Source: Bacteroidota bacterium
Lineage (GTDB): Bacteria; Bacteroidota; Bacteroidia; Bacteroidales; JAKIYJ01
Length of the DNA stretch: 42,760 nucleotides
Direction of reading: 5' to 3'
Assembly (NCBI GenBank): GCA_022708585.1
Contig: JAKIYJ010000001.1
Location: 1-42,760 of the forward strand
Made by a program: the position numbers and the translations under genes. Positions 18,176 to 28,018 of this stretch are shown one piece after another (the stretch's first letter is position 1; every line of letters starts with the position of its first letter). The notes under the pieces were generated by a model. It did not search any database and had not been told where the DNA came from. It saw only the letters and a program-made list of their open reading frames with translations.

Positions 18176-18871
18176 TTATTTGCCGTTTTCTTCCATATCA
18201 GCCTGGTACCTAAAGCCAAGACGTTTACCTGTTTTCAGATTATTAAAAAGATTTTGTTCAGCCACTGCCCCAACACTAACTTGCTTAACTTCATCAAATG
18301 GAGGAACAAGTAAATCAAAATCGATACAATAAATAATGGCAGTTTCAAGAATTTTTTTCAAAGATTTTTCATCAATAGATTCATTGGGAAAATTGTTGTA
18401 CATAAATCCTATTTGGCGTTTGCCTTCAACCCAAAAATGTAATTCTTTATTTATAAAAATCCTTGCAACCAGATACCCCAAATCCTCTAATCTGTTATAT
18501 TTGATAGAATCACCTAAAAAATCATACATATAAATAATGCCGCAATAAGAACGTTTAATATCTTCCTTAATATATGATGTTCTCATTATAGGGTGTTCGC
18601 GTGGAAACTGAAACACGTTGGTATGCAATGTAACTACCAGTACATCACTGGCAAATTTAAGTTTAAAATCATATTGGCTTGCTTCAGAAAATTCAAAAGG
18701 TATTTCACTGCTAACTTTTTTAACAAGTGGTTTATTAATAGAAATTATATTTTTTGCAAGGTCTTTTAAATCATTGAATATTTTTTGAGTATTATAAAAA
18801 ACCTGCATATAGTTCAATGATTTTTCAGTAACTTTATTCAGCAAAATATTGTTTTCGTTTGTATCTATCAT
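18176..18871 (-). CDS. Hypothetical cytoplasmic protein, 231 aa, no family recognised
   Basis: A long ORF in AT-rich DNA with no signal peptide or TM segment. The N-terminal ~55 aa look helical, followed by an alpha/beta-looking body. I cannot place it in any family from sequence alone. Confidence 0.6.
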   Translation of the reverse strand: MIDTNENNILLNKVTEKSLNYMQVFYNTQKIFNDLKDLAKNIISINKPLVKKVSSEIPFEFSEASQYDFKLKFASDVLVVTLHTNVFQFPREHPIMRTSYIKEDIKRSYCGIIYMYDFLGDSIKYNRLEDLGYLVARIFINKELHFWVEGKRQIGFMYNNFPNESIDEKSLKKILETAIIYCIDFDLLVPPFDEVKQVSVGAVAEQNLFNNLKTGKRLGFRYQADMEENGK

Positions 18872-18895
18872 ATATTAAAAAATTAATGTTAAATG

Positions 18896-18903
18896 CAAAA
18901 ATA
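18896..18903 (-). promoter_or_regulatory. Candidate -7 box (TATTTTTG on minus strand) for the hypothetical gene
   Basis: The reverse complement of CAAAAATA matches TAnnTTTG, 25 nt upstream of the ATG at 18871. Confidence 0.35.
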
Positions 18904-19009
18904 GTTTTTTATAAGTTTAAAATTCATAAAATGATTAATCTTTTGCATATTTGCATATAAATTTATAAAAATTTACATTTTCTTATAATTACTTGCGTCA
19001 TAAATTCTT

Positions 19010-20710
19010 ATGAATACAAACAACACATACAAAATATCAAATTTTTTATTTTTGTCTATTATATTGATTATTACTGGATGTGCCAATATTGTTGCTCCCA
19101 GCGGCGGAGTTAAAGATGTTACTCCTCCAATGCCAGTGAAAAGCGAACCAAATTCAAATACTACCTGTTTTAATCAAAAATATTTCAGAATCTGGTTTGA
19201 CGAATTTATTAAATTAAAAGACATAACGAATAAAATAATAATTTCGCCTCCCCTCAACGAAAGCCCTGATATATCAATAAAAGGAAAAAGTATTCTTGTA
19301 AAATTAAACGAAAACCTAAAAGAAAATACTACTTACAATATTTCATTTGAAAATGTAATTGCCGATATAACCGAGGGAAATACACTGCCGCAGTTTCAAT
19401 ATGTATTTTCAACTGGTAAATATATTGATTCTATGACAATTAAGGGGAAAGTGATAGATGCATTCAGTCTTGAACCTTCCTCAGATGTTGCAATAATGTT
19501 GTATAAAGAAAATCTTGATTCACTGCCTTTAATTAAAAAACCGGATTTTATTGGAAAAACAAACAAGGCAGGCGAATTTGCAGTAAACAATCTCCCTTGT
19601 GGAAAATTTAAAGTTTTTGCATTAAAAGATGCAAATAACAATTATATTTATGATTTGCCAAATGAACAAATTGCTTTTATTGATACAATGGTAAGCTCAT
19701 ATTTTATTAAAAAATCTGTAAAAGATTCATTAAAAAAAGATACTGTAAATGAAATGGCAATTAAGTACCCTGAACTTGAATTATACCTTTTTACCGAAGT
19801 TGACTCAACTCAAAAATTAATAAAATACGATAATTCGATTCCCGGACAATTAAAATTCATTTTTAAGTTTCCAGTTAAAAATTTTAGTTTTAAACCTTTA
19901 AAACCTTTATGGACCCCAAATATGTATGTAGTTGACCCTTCTTATAAAGGTGATACAATAATGTTATGGTATACCGATATTGAAAGCGACTCCCTTGAAG
20001 CAATCATATCCTGTGCAGCAAAATATAATGATACCTTAAAAATTAAACTGGCACAAGAAAAAAATCTACGTACAACAAGTAAAAGAGTATTGGAACTCGA
20101 AAAGTTAAAAATATCTTTTTCTGCAACACCTTCTAAACCTGTCGATTTAAATCAATCATTTAAAATATTTTTTTCAAAACCCATTATTTCGCAAAATTTT
20201 AATAATATTATATTTTATGATAATAAGGATACTCTAAAACCTGAAATTCATTTTTTGGATTCAACCCGACGAATTCTTGAAATTAATTACAATTGGAAGG
20301 AAAATACTGAATATTTTCTGTATGCAAATCCTGAAACTTTTAAAGATATTCACGGATTTTACAACGATAGTATTCGAGTCAAATTCAAATCGAAACAAAT
20401 AGACGATTACGGAATTCTGAAAATTAAAATTGAAAATTTTCCACAAAACACCAATATCATCTTACAATTGTTGAATGTGCAAAACAATAAAATAATTAAA
20501 GAAATTCAAGTTGATAAGGCAAAATTGTTAAAAATTGATTACCTCGCACCCGGTAATTACCAGATTAAAACTATATACGATAAAAATAGAAATGGACAAT
20601 GGGACACTGGTATTTATCTTAAAAAAGTTTTTCCTGAAAAAGTTGAAATATATAATCAAAATATTAAAATAAAAGGAGGATGGGAGGCAGAAATTAATTT
20701 AAAATTATAA
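19010..20710 (+). CDS. Ig-like (SbsA/Big_5-type) domain lipoprotein
   Basis: Lipoprotein signal LSIILIITGC followed by ANIVAPSGGVKDVTPP...IWFDEFIKL. This is the GGxKDxxPP opening typical of this conserved Bacteroidota lipoprotein family. Confidence 0.75.
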   Translation: MNTNNTYKISNFLFLSIILIITGCANIVAPSGGVKDVTPPMPVKSEPNSNTTCFNQKYFRIWFDEFIKLKDITNKIIISPPLNESPDISIKGKSILVKLNENLKENTTYNISFENVIADITEGNTLPQFQYVFSTGKYIDSMTIKGKVIDAFSLEPSSDVAIMLYKENLDSLPLIKKPDFIGKTNKAGEFAVNNLPCGKFKVFALKDANNNYIYDLPNEQIAFIDTMVSSYFIKKSVKDSLKKDTVNEMAIKYPELELYLFTEVDSTQKLIKYDNSIPGQLKFIFKFPVKNFSFKPLKPLWTPNMYVVDPSYKGDTIMLWYTDIESDSLEAIISCAAKYNDTLKIKLAQEKNLRTTSKRVLELEKLKISFSATPSKPVDLNQSFKIFFSKPIISQNFNNIIFYDNKDTLKPEIHFLDSTRRILEINYNWKENTEYFLYANPETFKDIHGFYNDSIRVKFKSKQIDDYGILKIKIENFPQNTNIILQLLNVQNNKIIKEIQVDKAKLLKIDYLAPGNYQIKTIYDKNRNGQWDTGIYLKKVFPEKVEIYNQNIKIKGGWEAEINLKL

Positions 20711-21087
20711 TAAAAATTATATTTTTCTGATGAATAATTATTTATTTATTATTAATATAAGGTTTATTATAATTAATATAAAAAAATGACTTCATTCTAA
20801 AAAAATGTTGTAATTACGCATAATACATTACAGATAACAGATTTTGAGTATAATAATTTTTTACAATTATAACATAAATGCCATAACAGCAAAATGCTGA
20901 TTTTAAAGTGTAGACAAAGAAATTTTTCTTTGCCTGCTATACAAAGTTTAATCCTGAAATTAATGATTTATTATTAATCATTTATTGAGGTATGTATGAG
21001 AAAACAAGATTTTTGAACAACATTTATTTTGAATAGAACAAAAAAAATAATTTTTAAAATTTTCTCTGGCTTATAACAAAAACTGAT

Positions 21088-21095
21088 TATTTTTG
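21088..21095 (+). promoter_or_regulatory. Candidate -7 box TATTTTTG for the mce-mmd operon
   Basis: Matches TAnnTTTG, 43 nt upstream of the ATG at 21138. Confidence 0.4.
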
Positions 21096-21137
21096 CCTTT
21101 TTACCTGTATTATAAAAAAATATAATTTCAAAAAAAA

Positions 21138-21551
21138 ATGAACATTTCACATATCGAACATATTGGAATAGCAGTAAAAGATTTGCAAAAATCAATATCT
21201 TTTTATGAAAATATTCTGGGATTAAAATGCTATAACATTGAAGAAATAAAAGATCAAAAAGTGAGAACGGCTTTCTTTAAATCAGGTGATACAAAAATTG
21301 AACTTCTGGAACCAACTGATCCAGAAAGTACAATTGCCAAGTTTATTGAAAAAAAAGGTGAAGGGATTCATCATATAGCTTTTGCAACAGATAATATAGA
21401 ACAAGTTCTGACTGAATTGTCAGAAAAGGGGGTACGTCTTATTGACAGCAAACCGCGTAAAGGAGCTGAAAATCTAAATATTGCTTTTGTACATCCTGGT
21501 TCAACATTTAGTGTCTTAATGGAATTTTGTGAAAAAAACAATAATAATTAA
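21138..21551 (+). CDS. mce: Methylmalonyl-CoA epimerase (VOC/glyoxalase fold)
   Basis: 137 aa: ISHIEHIGIAVKDL..., TKIELLEP, GEGIHHIAF. Sits directly upstream of the carboxyltransferase. Confidence 0.88.
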   Translation: MNISHIEHIGIAVKDLQKSISFYENILGLKCYNIEEIKDQKVRTAFFKSGDTKIELLEPTDPESTIAKFIEKKGEGIHHIAFATDNIEQVLTELSEKGVRLIDSKPRKGAENLNIAFVHPGSTFSVLMEFCEKNNNN

Positions 21552-21572
21552 TTAATAAAAAGCCACAAAAAT

Positions 21573-23132
21573 ATGGGCATAGAAGATAAAATAAAAGAAC
21601 TTCTCGATAAACGAGAAAAAGCCAGAATGGGTGGAGGTCCTGACAGGGTTGCGTCACAGCATAAAAAAGGTAAACTTACTGCACGCGAAAGAGTTGAAAT
21701 ATTGCTCGACGAAGGTAGTTTTGAAGAATTTGACATGTTTGTTACACATCGGAGCCATGACTTTGGCCTGGATAAAGAGATTTATCTTAGTGATGGCGTT
21801 GTAACAGGCTATGGCACAATAGATGGCAGACTGGTTTTCGTTTTTTCACAGGATTTCACTGTCTTTGGAGGTTCTCTGTCCGAAACTTATGCTCAGAAAA
21901 TATGCAAAGTCCTTGATAAAGCAATGAAAGTAGGAGCTCCCGTTATAGGTATTAATGATAGTGGTGGTGCACGCATTCAGGAAGGAGTTAAAAGTCTGGG
22001 AGGCTATGCCGAAATCTTTCAACGAAATATTATGGCTTCTGGTGTAATACCTCAAATATCCGCAATATTTGGCCCTTGTGCTGGAGGAGCAGTTTATTCA
22101 CCTGCTTTAACCGATTTTATTATTATGAATAAATTGAATAGTTATATGTTCGTAACAGGACCAAAAGTTGTCAGAACCGTTACAGGCGAAATAGTTACAG
22201 CGGAAGAACTGGGCGGTTCCAATATTCATGCTTCCAAATCTGGTGTGGCTCACCTGGTTTCAGAATCGGAAAGAGAAGGCTTATTGCTAATAAGAAAACT
22301 CCTAAGTTATATGCCCCAAAATAATCTTGAAGAACCTCCCCTCTGCTCTTGTGAGGACCCTATTGACAGATTTGATGATGCCATGAATTATATTATACCC
22401 GATAATCCTAATAAACCTTATGATGTTAAAGATATAATACATTCTTTTGTAGATTACTCTGAATTTCTGGAAATACAGGAACATTTTGCTAAAAATATTG
22501 TTGTAGGCTTCGCAAGAATGAATGGACAAAGTGTTGGCATCGTGGCCAATCAACCCGATTATCTTGCAGGAGTACTCGATATCAATTCTTCACGTAAAGG
22601 AGCAAGATTTGTCAGATTTTGCGATGCTTTCAATATCCCCATTATCACTCTTGTTGATGTTCCAGGTTTTTTGCCAGGTACAGCTCAGGAATACGGCGGA
22701 GTAATAGTTCATGGTGCAAAACTTATGTTCGCTTATGGCGAAGCAACAGTACCTAAAATAACTATTGTACTTCGTAAAGCTTATGGCGGCGCTTATGATG
22801 TTATGAGTTCCAAACACCTTAGAGGTGATATCAATTACGCATGGCCTTCAGCCGAAATCGCAGTTATGGGACCAAAAGGCGCTATTGAAGTTCTCGAAAG
22901 TAAAGAAATTTCTTTGATTACCAGCGAAGAAGATAAAATGAAATACCTTGACCAAAAAGAACGTGAATATAGAGAAAAATTTGCAAACCCCTATATAGCA
23001 GCCAAATATGGATATATTGATGATGTTATTGAACCAAGAAGCACCAGATTTAGAATTATTAGAGCTTTACAAGCCCTCGCTACTAAAAAAGATTTAAACC
23101 CTCCTAAAAAACATTCTAATATACCCCTTTAA
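21573..23132 (+). CDS. mmdA: Methylmalonyl-CoA decarboxylase alpha subunit / acyl-CoA carboxyltransferase
   Basis: 519 aa carboxyltransferase: [36 protein letters not shown]. Operon context includes a biotin carrier and a Na+-pump beta subunit. Confidence 0.9.
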   Translation: MGIEDKIKELLDKREKARMGGGPDRVASQHKKGKLTARERVEILLDEGSFEEFDMFVTHRSHDFGLDKEIYLSDGVVTGYGTIDGRLVFVFSQDFTVFGGSLSETYAQKICKVLDKAMKVGAPVIGINDSGGARIQEGVKSLGGYAEIFQRNIMASGVIPQISAIFGPCAGGAVYSPALTDFIIMNKLNSYMFVTGPKVVRTVTGEIVTAEELGGSNIHASKSGVAHLVSESEREGLLLIRKLLSYMPQNNLEEPPLCSCEDPIDRFDDAMNYIIPDNPNKPYDVKDIIHSFVDYSEFLEIQEHFAKNIVVGFARMNGQSVGIVANQPDYLAGVLDINSSRKGARFVRFCDAFNIPIITLVDVPGFLPGTAQEYGGVIVHGAKLMFAYGEATVPKITIVLRKAYGGAYDVMSSKHLRGDINYAWPSAEIAVMGPKGAIEVLESKEISLITSEEDKMKYLDQKEREYREKFANPYIAAKYGYIDDVIEPRSTRFRIIRALQALATKKDLNPPKKHSNIPL

Positions 23133-23145
23133 TATTTTAATCTCA

Positions 23146-24063
23146 TTGATTGATAAAATGATAAAACATAATCAAAAAATATTAATTCCATTAATAGTCT
23201 CATTTTTACTTGTGTTCAAATCCTTTTATGGACTATCGCAATCTCACACAAATTTAAAAATTAATGAAATACTAATACTTAATGAAAATGGTATTACTAA
23301 TGAAAAGGCTCAACATGCTCCATGGATTGAAATATTTAATTCAGCCTACAATTCTGTAAATATTGGAGGCTTTTACATTACAGATGACCCAAATAATTTA
23401 AAAAAGTATTTAATACCTAAAAACAGCCAAAAGACAATTATCCCAAAACGCGGATATATTATATTATGGGCTGATGGTGACTTATCTCAAGGGGTTCTGC
23501 ACACTTCGTTTAAACTGGACACATCCTCGCATTTTCTTGCCCTTGTTGAACCAAATGGTAGAAAAATTATTGACAGTTTAACCTTACCAAAATTCCAACC
23601 TGATATCTCATACTCAAGAAAAAATGATGGCGAAAATATCTGGGAATACAAAGTTAACGTTAGCCCTGGCATGGCTAATTCAACAAGTAATGAACCTTCT
23701 GCTGCCCAAACATTTATTCAATACGACCCAACCGGTATTGGAATGGCTATCATCGCAATAACAGTGGTCTTTATCGTCTTAATATTGTTATATATTGTAT
23801 TTAATAATATTTCGAAATTATATTCTCTTGATATGAAAAAGAAAAAACTTATCAAGAAAGGAAAAATTGAAGAGGCATCCGTTATTAAAGGAGATACAAC
23901 CGGTGAAGTATCTGCTGCAATTGCAATGGCACTTCATCTTTATTCCGAACAACTACACGATGAAGAAAACGCAGTCTTGACCATTAAAAGAGTTTCAAAA
24001 AATTATTCACCATGGAATTCTAAAATATATGGCATACGGCAATTTGATAGAAAAATATGGTAA
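23146..24063 (+). CDS. OadG-family (delta-like) decarboxylase subunit fused to an N-terminal lamin-tail-like domain
   Basis: Signal/anchor ILIPLIVSFLLVFKSFYGLSQ. LTD-like stretch LKINEILIL...APWIEIFNS...IGGFYITDD...GYIILWADGD. TM helix GIGMAIIAITVVFIVLILLYIVF. OadG-type tail GEVSAAIAMALHLY...VLTIKR...SPWNSK. The start is either TTG at 23146 or ATG at 23158. Confidence 0.75.
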   Translation: MIDKMIKHNQKILIPLIVSFLLVFKSFYGLSQSHTNLKINEILILNENGITNEKAQHAPWIEIFNSAYNSVNIGGFYITDDPNNLKKYLIPKNSQKTIIPKRGYIILWADGDLSQGVLHTSFKLDTSSHFLALVEPNGRKIIDSLTLPKFQPDISYSRKNDGENIWEYKVNVSPGMANSTSNEPSAAQTFIQYDPTGIGMAIIAITVVFIVLILLYIVFNNISKLYSLDMKKKKLIKKGKIEEASVIKGDTTGEVSAAIAMALHLYSEQLHDEENAVLTIKRVSKNYSPWNSKIYGIRQFDRKIW

Positions 24064-24110
24064 ATAATATTTATGATTTATAAGACGACAAAGTGAAATA
24101 TATATAATAT

Positions 24111-24554
24111 ATGAAAAAATATAAATTTAAAATTAATGGGAATGATTACGATGTTCAAATTGAAAACTTTGAAGGCAACAGGGCTATTGTTCAAGTGAAT
24201 GGGACAAATTATGAAGTAGAAGTTGATAAAAGTGTTAAAACTGTTAAAACTCCCAAACTTGTAAGGTCGCCTCATCTTTCTGCAACTGAAACTTCTGCCA
24301 GTCCACCCCTTACTAGCCCTCCTGCTGCAAGCAAAGGTACAGGACAGGTCAAATCACCTTTGCCTGGAGTTATATTAAAAATATTGGTTAATACAGGCGA
24401 TTATGTTAAAGCCGGGCAAAAAGTAGTTGTCCTCGAAGCAATGAAAATGGAAAACAGCATAGAATCAGTTAAAGATGGCAAAGTTGTTTCTGTTAATGTT
24501 AAACAAGGGGATTCGGTTATGGAAGGGGATGTTTTAATGGTAATAGGAGATTGA
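24111..24554 (+). CDS. mmdC: Biotin carboxyl carrier subunit (gamma) of the decarboxylase
   Basis: Biotinylation motif VLEAMKMEN, a Pro/Ala/Ser-rich linker (SASPPLTSPPAASKG) and a lipoyl/biotinyl fold at the C-terminus. Confidence 0.9.
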   Translation: MKKYKFKINGNDYDVQIENFEGNRAIVQVNGTNYEVEVDKSVKTVKTPKLVRSPHLSATETSASPPLTSPPAASKGTGQVKSPLPGVILKILVNTGDYVKAGQKVVVLEAMKMENSIESVKDGKVVSVNVKQGDSVMEGDVLMVIGD

Positions 24555-24557
24555 CAA

Positions 24558-25721
24558 ATGGAATTTTCAGGTGGTTTTTTTGATTTTTTAACACATCATT
24601 TAAAACAATTTATTGAATATACTGCCTTTTCTAATATGACCATTGGCCATATTATTATGATTATTGTAGGACTGGTGTTTATTACTCTTGCCATCACCAA
24701 AGAATATGAACCATTGCTGCTTGTTCCAATTGGTTTTGGTATGATAATAGGAAATATTCCTTTTTATCCTGGTCTTCAAATAGGGATTTATGAACAGGGA
24801 AGTGTCTTAAACTATCTGTATTTTGGTGTTATCAATGGAGTATATCCTCCTTTAATTTTTCTGGGTATAGGAGCAATGACCGACTTCTCTGCATTAATAT
24901 CAAATCCTAAATTGATGCTTATCGGAGCGGCTGCTCAATTAGGAATTTTTGGTGCATATATGCTTGCTCTTCTACTGGGTTTTTCTCCTGAACAAGCTGG
25001 TGCCATTGGCATTATAGGTGGAGCAGATGGACCCACTGCTATCTTTCTTACATCCAAACTGGCACCTGAACTGATGGGAGCTATAGCTGTTTCCGCATAT
25101 TCATACATGGCTCTGGTACCTGTAATTCAGCCTCCTATTATGAAATTGTTAACAACAAAAAAAGAAAGACTTATCAGAATGAAACCTCCGCGTGCAGTAT
25201 CTAAAACTGAAAAAATTCTTTTTCCTATACTTGGTATCCTCCTTACCTGCTTTATTGTACCCAGCGGGTTGCCTTTACTTGGAATGCTCTTTTTTGGTAA
25301 CCTCCTTAAAGAAAGTACAGTAACTAACAGACTCGCTGAAACTGCAAGAGGACCATTAATTGATATAGTTACAATACTTATTGGACTTACAGTAGGAGCT
25401 TCTACTCAGGCAAATACTTTCCTTACTACCAGATCTTTATCTATTTTTGCACTTGGCGCTATTTCTTTTGTGATTGCAACCTTTGGTGGCGTGATGTTTT
25501 GTAAATTTATTAACCTGTTTTTAAGCAAAGACAATAAAATAAATCCACTGATAGGTAATGCAGGTGTTTCAGCAGTTCCTGATTCTGCAAGAGTTTCTCA
25601 AATGATTGGACTTCAATACGATAAAACAAATCACCTTTTAATGCATGCTATGGGACCAAACGTTGCAGGTGTTATTGGCAGTGCCGTTGCCGCCGGCATT
25701 TTACTGAGTTTCCTGTATTAA
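24558..25721 (+). CDS. mmdB: Sodium ion-translocating decarboxylase beta subunit (OadB/MmdB family)
   Basis: 387-aa polytopic protein: IIGGADGPTAIF, GNAGVSAVPDSARVSQ, and the HLLMHAMGPNVAGVIGSAVAAG tail typical of the family. Confidence 0.92.
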   Translation: MEFSGGFFDFLTHHLKQFIEYTAFSNMTIGHIIMIIVGLVFITLAITKEYEPLLLVPIGFGMIIGNIPFYPGLQIGIYEQGSVLNYLYFGVINGVYPPLIFLGIGAMTDFSALISNPKLMLIGAAAQLGIFGAYMLALLLGFSPEQAGAIGIIGGADGPTAIFLTSKLAPELMGAIAVSAYSYMALVPVIQPPIMKLLTTKKERLIRMKPPRAVSKTEKILFPILGILLTCFIVPSGLPLLGMLFFGNLLKESTVTNRLAETARGPLIDIVTILIGLTVGASTQANTFLTTRSLSIFALGAISFVIATFGGVMFCKFINLFLSKDNKINPLIGNAGVSAVPDSARVSQMIGLQYDKTNHLLMHAMGPNVAGVIGSAVAAGILLSFLY

Positions 25722-25794
25722 TAATAATTTGGAACTTTTTAATTGCCTTTATTATATTTTTTACAAAACTAATTGCTTGTATTAAATTTTTTTT

Positions 25795-25802
25795 TAATTT
25801 TG
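25795..25802 (+). promoter_or_regulatory. Candidate -7 box TAATTTTG for rplU-rpmA
   Basis: Matches TAnnTTTG, 29 nt upstream of the rplU ATG (25831). Confidence 0.45.
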
Positions 25803-25830
25803 CAAATTGAATTTTTTTAAAACATAAAAA

Positions 25831-26202
25831 ATGTACGCAATAGTTGATATAGCAGGGCAGCAATTTAAGGTTGAAAAAAACCAGGAAATCTTTGTTCACA
25901 GGTTGAAGGGTGAAACCGGAAATTCAATTAAATTTGAAAAAGTATTGCTGTTTGATGATAATGGTAAAATAAGTGTTGGAAATCCTTTCATTGAAGGTGT
26001 AAGTGTTAACGCAAAAATTATCAATCATCTTAAAGGAGATAAAGTTCTGGTATTTAAGAAAAAACGTCGTAAAGGCTATCAAAAATGTAATGGACACAGA
26101 CAATATCTTACAAAGATTTTAATTGAAGATATCTCTACTGGTGAACCTCAAAAAATGGAAACTTCAGAAAATGAAAATAAAGTTAATAATATTGTTGAAT
26201 AA
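25831..26202 (+). CDS. rplU: 50S ribosomal protein L21 (with about 25-aa acidic/Asn-rich C-terminal tail)
   Basis: [25 protein letters not shown]...[26 protein letters not shown]. Confidence 0.95.
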   Translation: MYAIVDIAGQQFKVEKNQEIFVHRLKGETGNSIKFEKVLLFDDNGKISVGNPFIEGVSVNAKIINHLKGDKVLVFKKKRRKGYQKCNGHRQYLTKILIEDISTGEPQKMETSENENKVNNIVE

Positions 26203-26228
26203 AATTTAATAATTTAAAATTTTTTGTT

Positions 26229-26483
26229 ATGGCTCATAAGAAAGGTGCTGGCAGCTCACATAACGGTCGAGAATCACACAGCAAAAGATTAGGAGTGAAA
26301 ATTTACGGTGGACAATTCGCCAAAGCTGGTAATATTATTGTGCGTCAAAGAGGTACAGTGCATTTCCCTGGATTAAATGTCGGTATGGGAAAAGATCATA
26401 CACTTTTTGCCCTTAAAAATGGAACTGTTCAATTTAAAGGTACTCGTAAAAATAAATCAGTAGTAAATATTATTCCTTTATAA
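26229..26483 (+). CDS. rpmA: 50S ribosomal protein L27
   Basis: [29 protein letters not shown]...IVRQRGT. Confidence 0.96.
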   Translation: MAHKKGAGSSHNGRESHSKRLGVKIYGGQFAKAGNIIVRQRGTVHFPGLNVGMGKDHTLFALKNGTVQFKGTRKNKSVVNIIPL

Positions 26484-26520
26484 AAAGGATTATATTGTCG
26501 ATACAAATGTCACTTTTATC

Positions 26521-26561
26521 AAAAATCTCCTTTTACTATGCTGGTGAGAGGAGATTTTTTT
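26521..26561 (+). terminator. Rho-independent terminator after rpmA
   Basis: AAAAATCTCCT (26521-26531) pairs with AGGAGATTTTT (26549-26559), with a 17-nt loop and a continuing T-run. Confidence 0.65.
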
Positions 26562-26648
26562 ATTTTACATTTAACTTAAAAATAGTCAAGAGTATTCAGA
26601 TAAAATCAATATTATAAATCGCGTAAATCAATTAACTTATAAAATATT

Positions 26649-27920
26649 ATGCTTACTCTTAATGCAATAAAGTCGGATCCGGAAAAAATCATACAACTGT
26701 TATCTGTCAAAAATTTTGATGCAAAAAATATAATAAACCAAATATTGGAAACAGACAGACTCAGACGTGAAACTCAACAAGAACTTGATAAGACATTAGC
26801 CGAATTTAATGAAATATCAAGGCAAATTGGCAAGTATATCAAAGAAGGGAATAAAGAATTAGCCGACAATATCAAAGAGAAAGCAGACTTTCTTAAAACA
26901 AAATCAAAAGAAATATCAAAACAGCTTTCGGACATTGAACATCAACTTGATGAACTTTTGTTGAAATTGCCTAATACTCCACATTTTTCAGTTCATAAAG
27001 GTAATTCTTCCGAAGATAATGAAATTGTATGTTCTTATGGCGATATAGTTCAATTTACCAACAGGCTGTTACCTCATTGGGAACTGGCTTCCAAGTTCAA
27101 AATCATAGATTTTGAACTTGGAAGTAAAATTACTGGAACAGGCTTCCCTGTTTATAAAGGTAAAGGAGCAAAACTGCAAAGAGCCTTAATTTCTTTCTTT
27201 CTCGACAAAGCTATTAATGCAGGTTATACTGAAATACAGCCTCCACTTATGGTTAATGAGGCTTCCGCTTATGGTACAGGTCAGTTGCCCGACAAAGATG
27301 AACAAATGTATTTTGTACCTCTTGATAATTTCTACCTTGTACCTACTGCCGAAGTACCTGTAACTAATATCTATAGGAATGTTATTTTAAAATACAATGA
27401 ATTGCCCATAAAAAATGTTGCTTACTCTGCTTGTTTTAGAAGAGAAGCGGGTTCTTATGGTAAGGATGTTAGAGGCCTAAATCGCCTGCATCAATTTGAT
27501 AAAGTAGAAATTGTTCAAATACAGCATCCCGACAACTCCTATAATGCTTTAAATGAAATGGTTGAATATGTGGCTTCCTTGCTTAAGGATTTACAATTGC
27601 CTTACAGAATTGTACGACTTTGCGGTGCTGATTTGAGCTTTACCAGTGCGTTAACTTACGATTTTGAAGTATATTCAGCAGCTCAACAAAAATGGCTTGA
27701 AGTAAGCTCAGTATCAAATTTTGAAACTTTTCAGGCTAATAGAATGAAATTGAAATTTAAGGATGTTGATGGAACTACTAAACTGGCTCACACCTTAAAT
27801 GGCAGTGCATTGGCTTTGCCTCGCATTATGTCAGCTCTGCTCGAAAATAATCAAAAAAATAATTCCATTGAAATTCCAGAGGCTATTGTGCCTTATACTG
27901 GTTTTAATGCTATTGACTGA
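26649..27920 (+). CDS. serS: Seryl-tRNA synthetase
   Basis: N-terminal coiled-coil arm. Class II motifs FRREAGSYGKDVRGLNRLHQFDKVE and TLNGSALALPR. Confidence 0.94.
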   Translation: MLTLNAIKSDPEKIIQLLSVKNFDAKNIINQILETDRLRRETQQELDKTLAEFNEISRQIGKYIKEGNKELADNIKEKADFLKTKSKEISKQLSDIEHQLDELLLKLPNTPHFSVHKGNSSEDNEIVCSYGDIVQFTNRLLPHWELASKFKIIDFELGSKITGTGFPVYKGKGAKLQRALISFFLDKAINAGYTEIQPPLMVNEASAYGTGQLPDKDEQMYFVPLDNFYLVPTAEVPVTNIYRNVILKYNELPIKNVAYSACFRREAGSYGKDVRGLNRLHQFDKVEIVQIQHPDNSYNALNEMVEYVASLLKDLQLPYRIVRLCGADLSFTSALTYDFEVYSAAQQKWLEVSSVSNFETFQANRMKLKFKDVDGTTKLAHTLNGSALALPRIMSALLENNQKNNSIEIPEAIVPYTGFNAID

Positions 27921-28018
27921 TTTTATGTAATAATTATCTTTATTATTTGAATAATTATTAACAAATAAATTTATAGATGAAGTATAAATTATTAACAATC
28001 AATTAAATAAATTTACTA

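Noticed and set aside
20974-21195. 73-aa minus-strand ORF overlapping the mce start and its promoter region
   Set aside because: The peptide is Phe/Ile/Lys-rich junk in an AT-rich spacer. It overlaps the well-supported mce start and candidate -7 box, and I see no recognisable motif in it.
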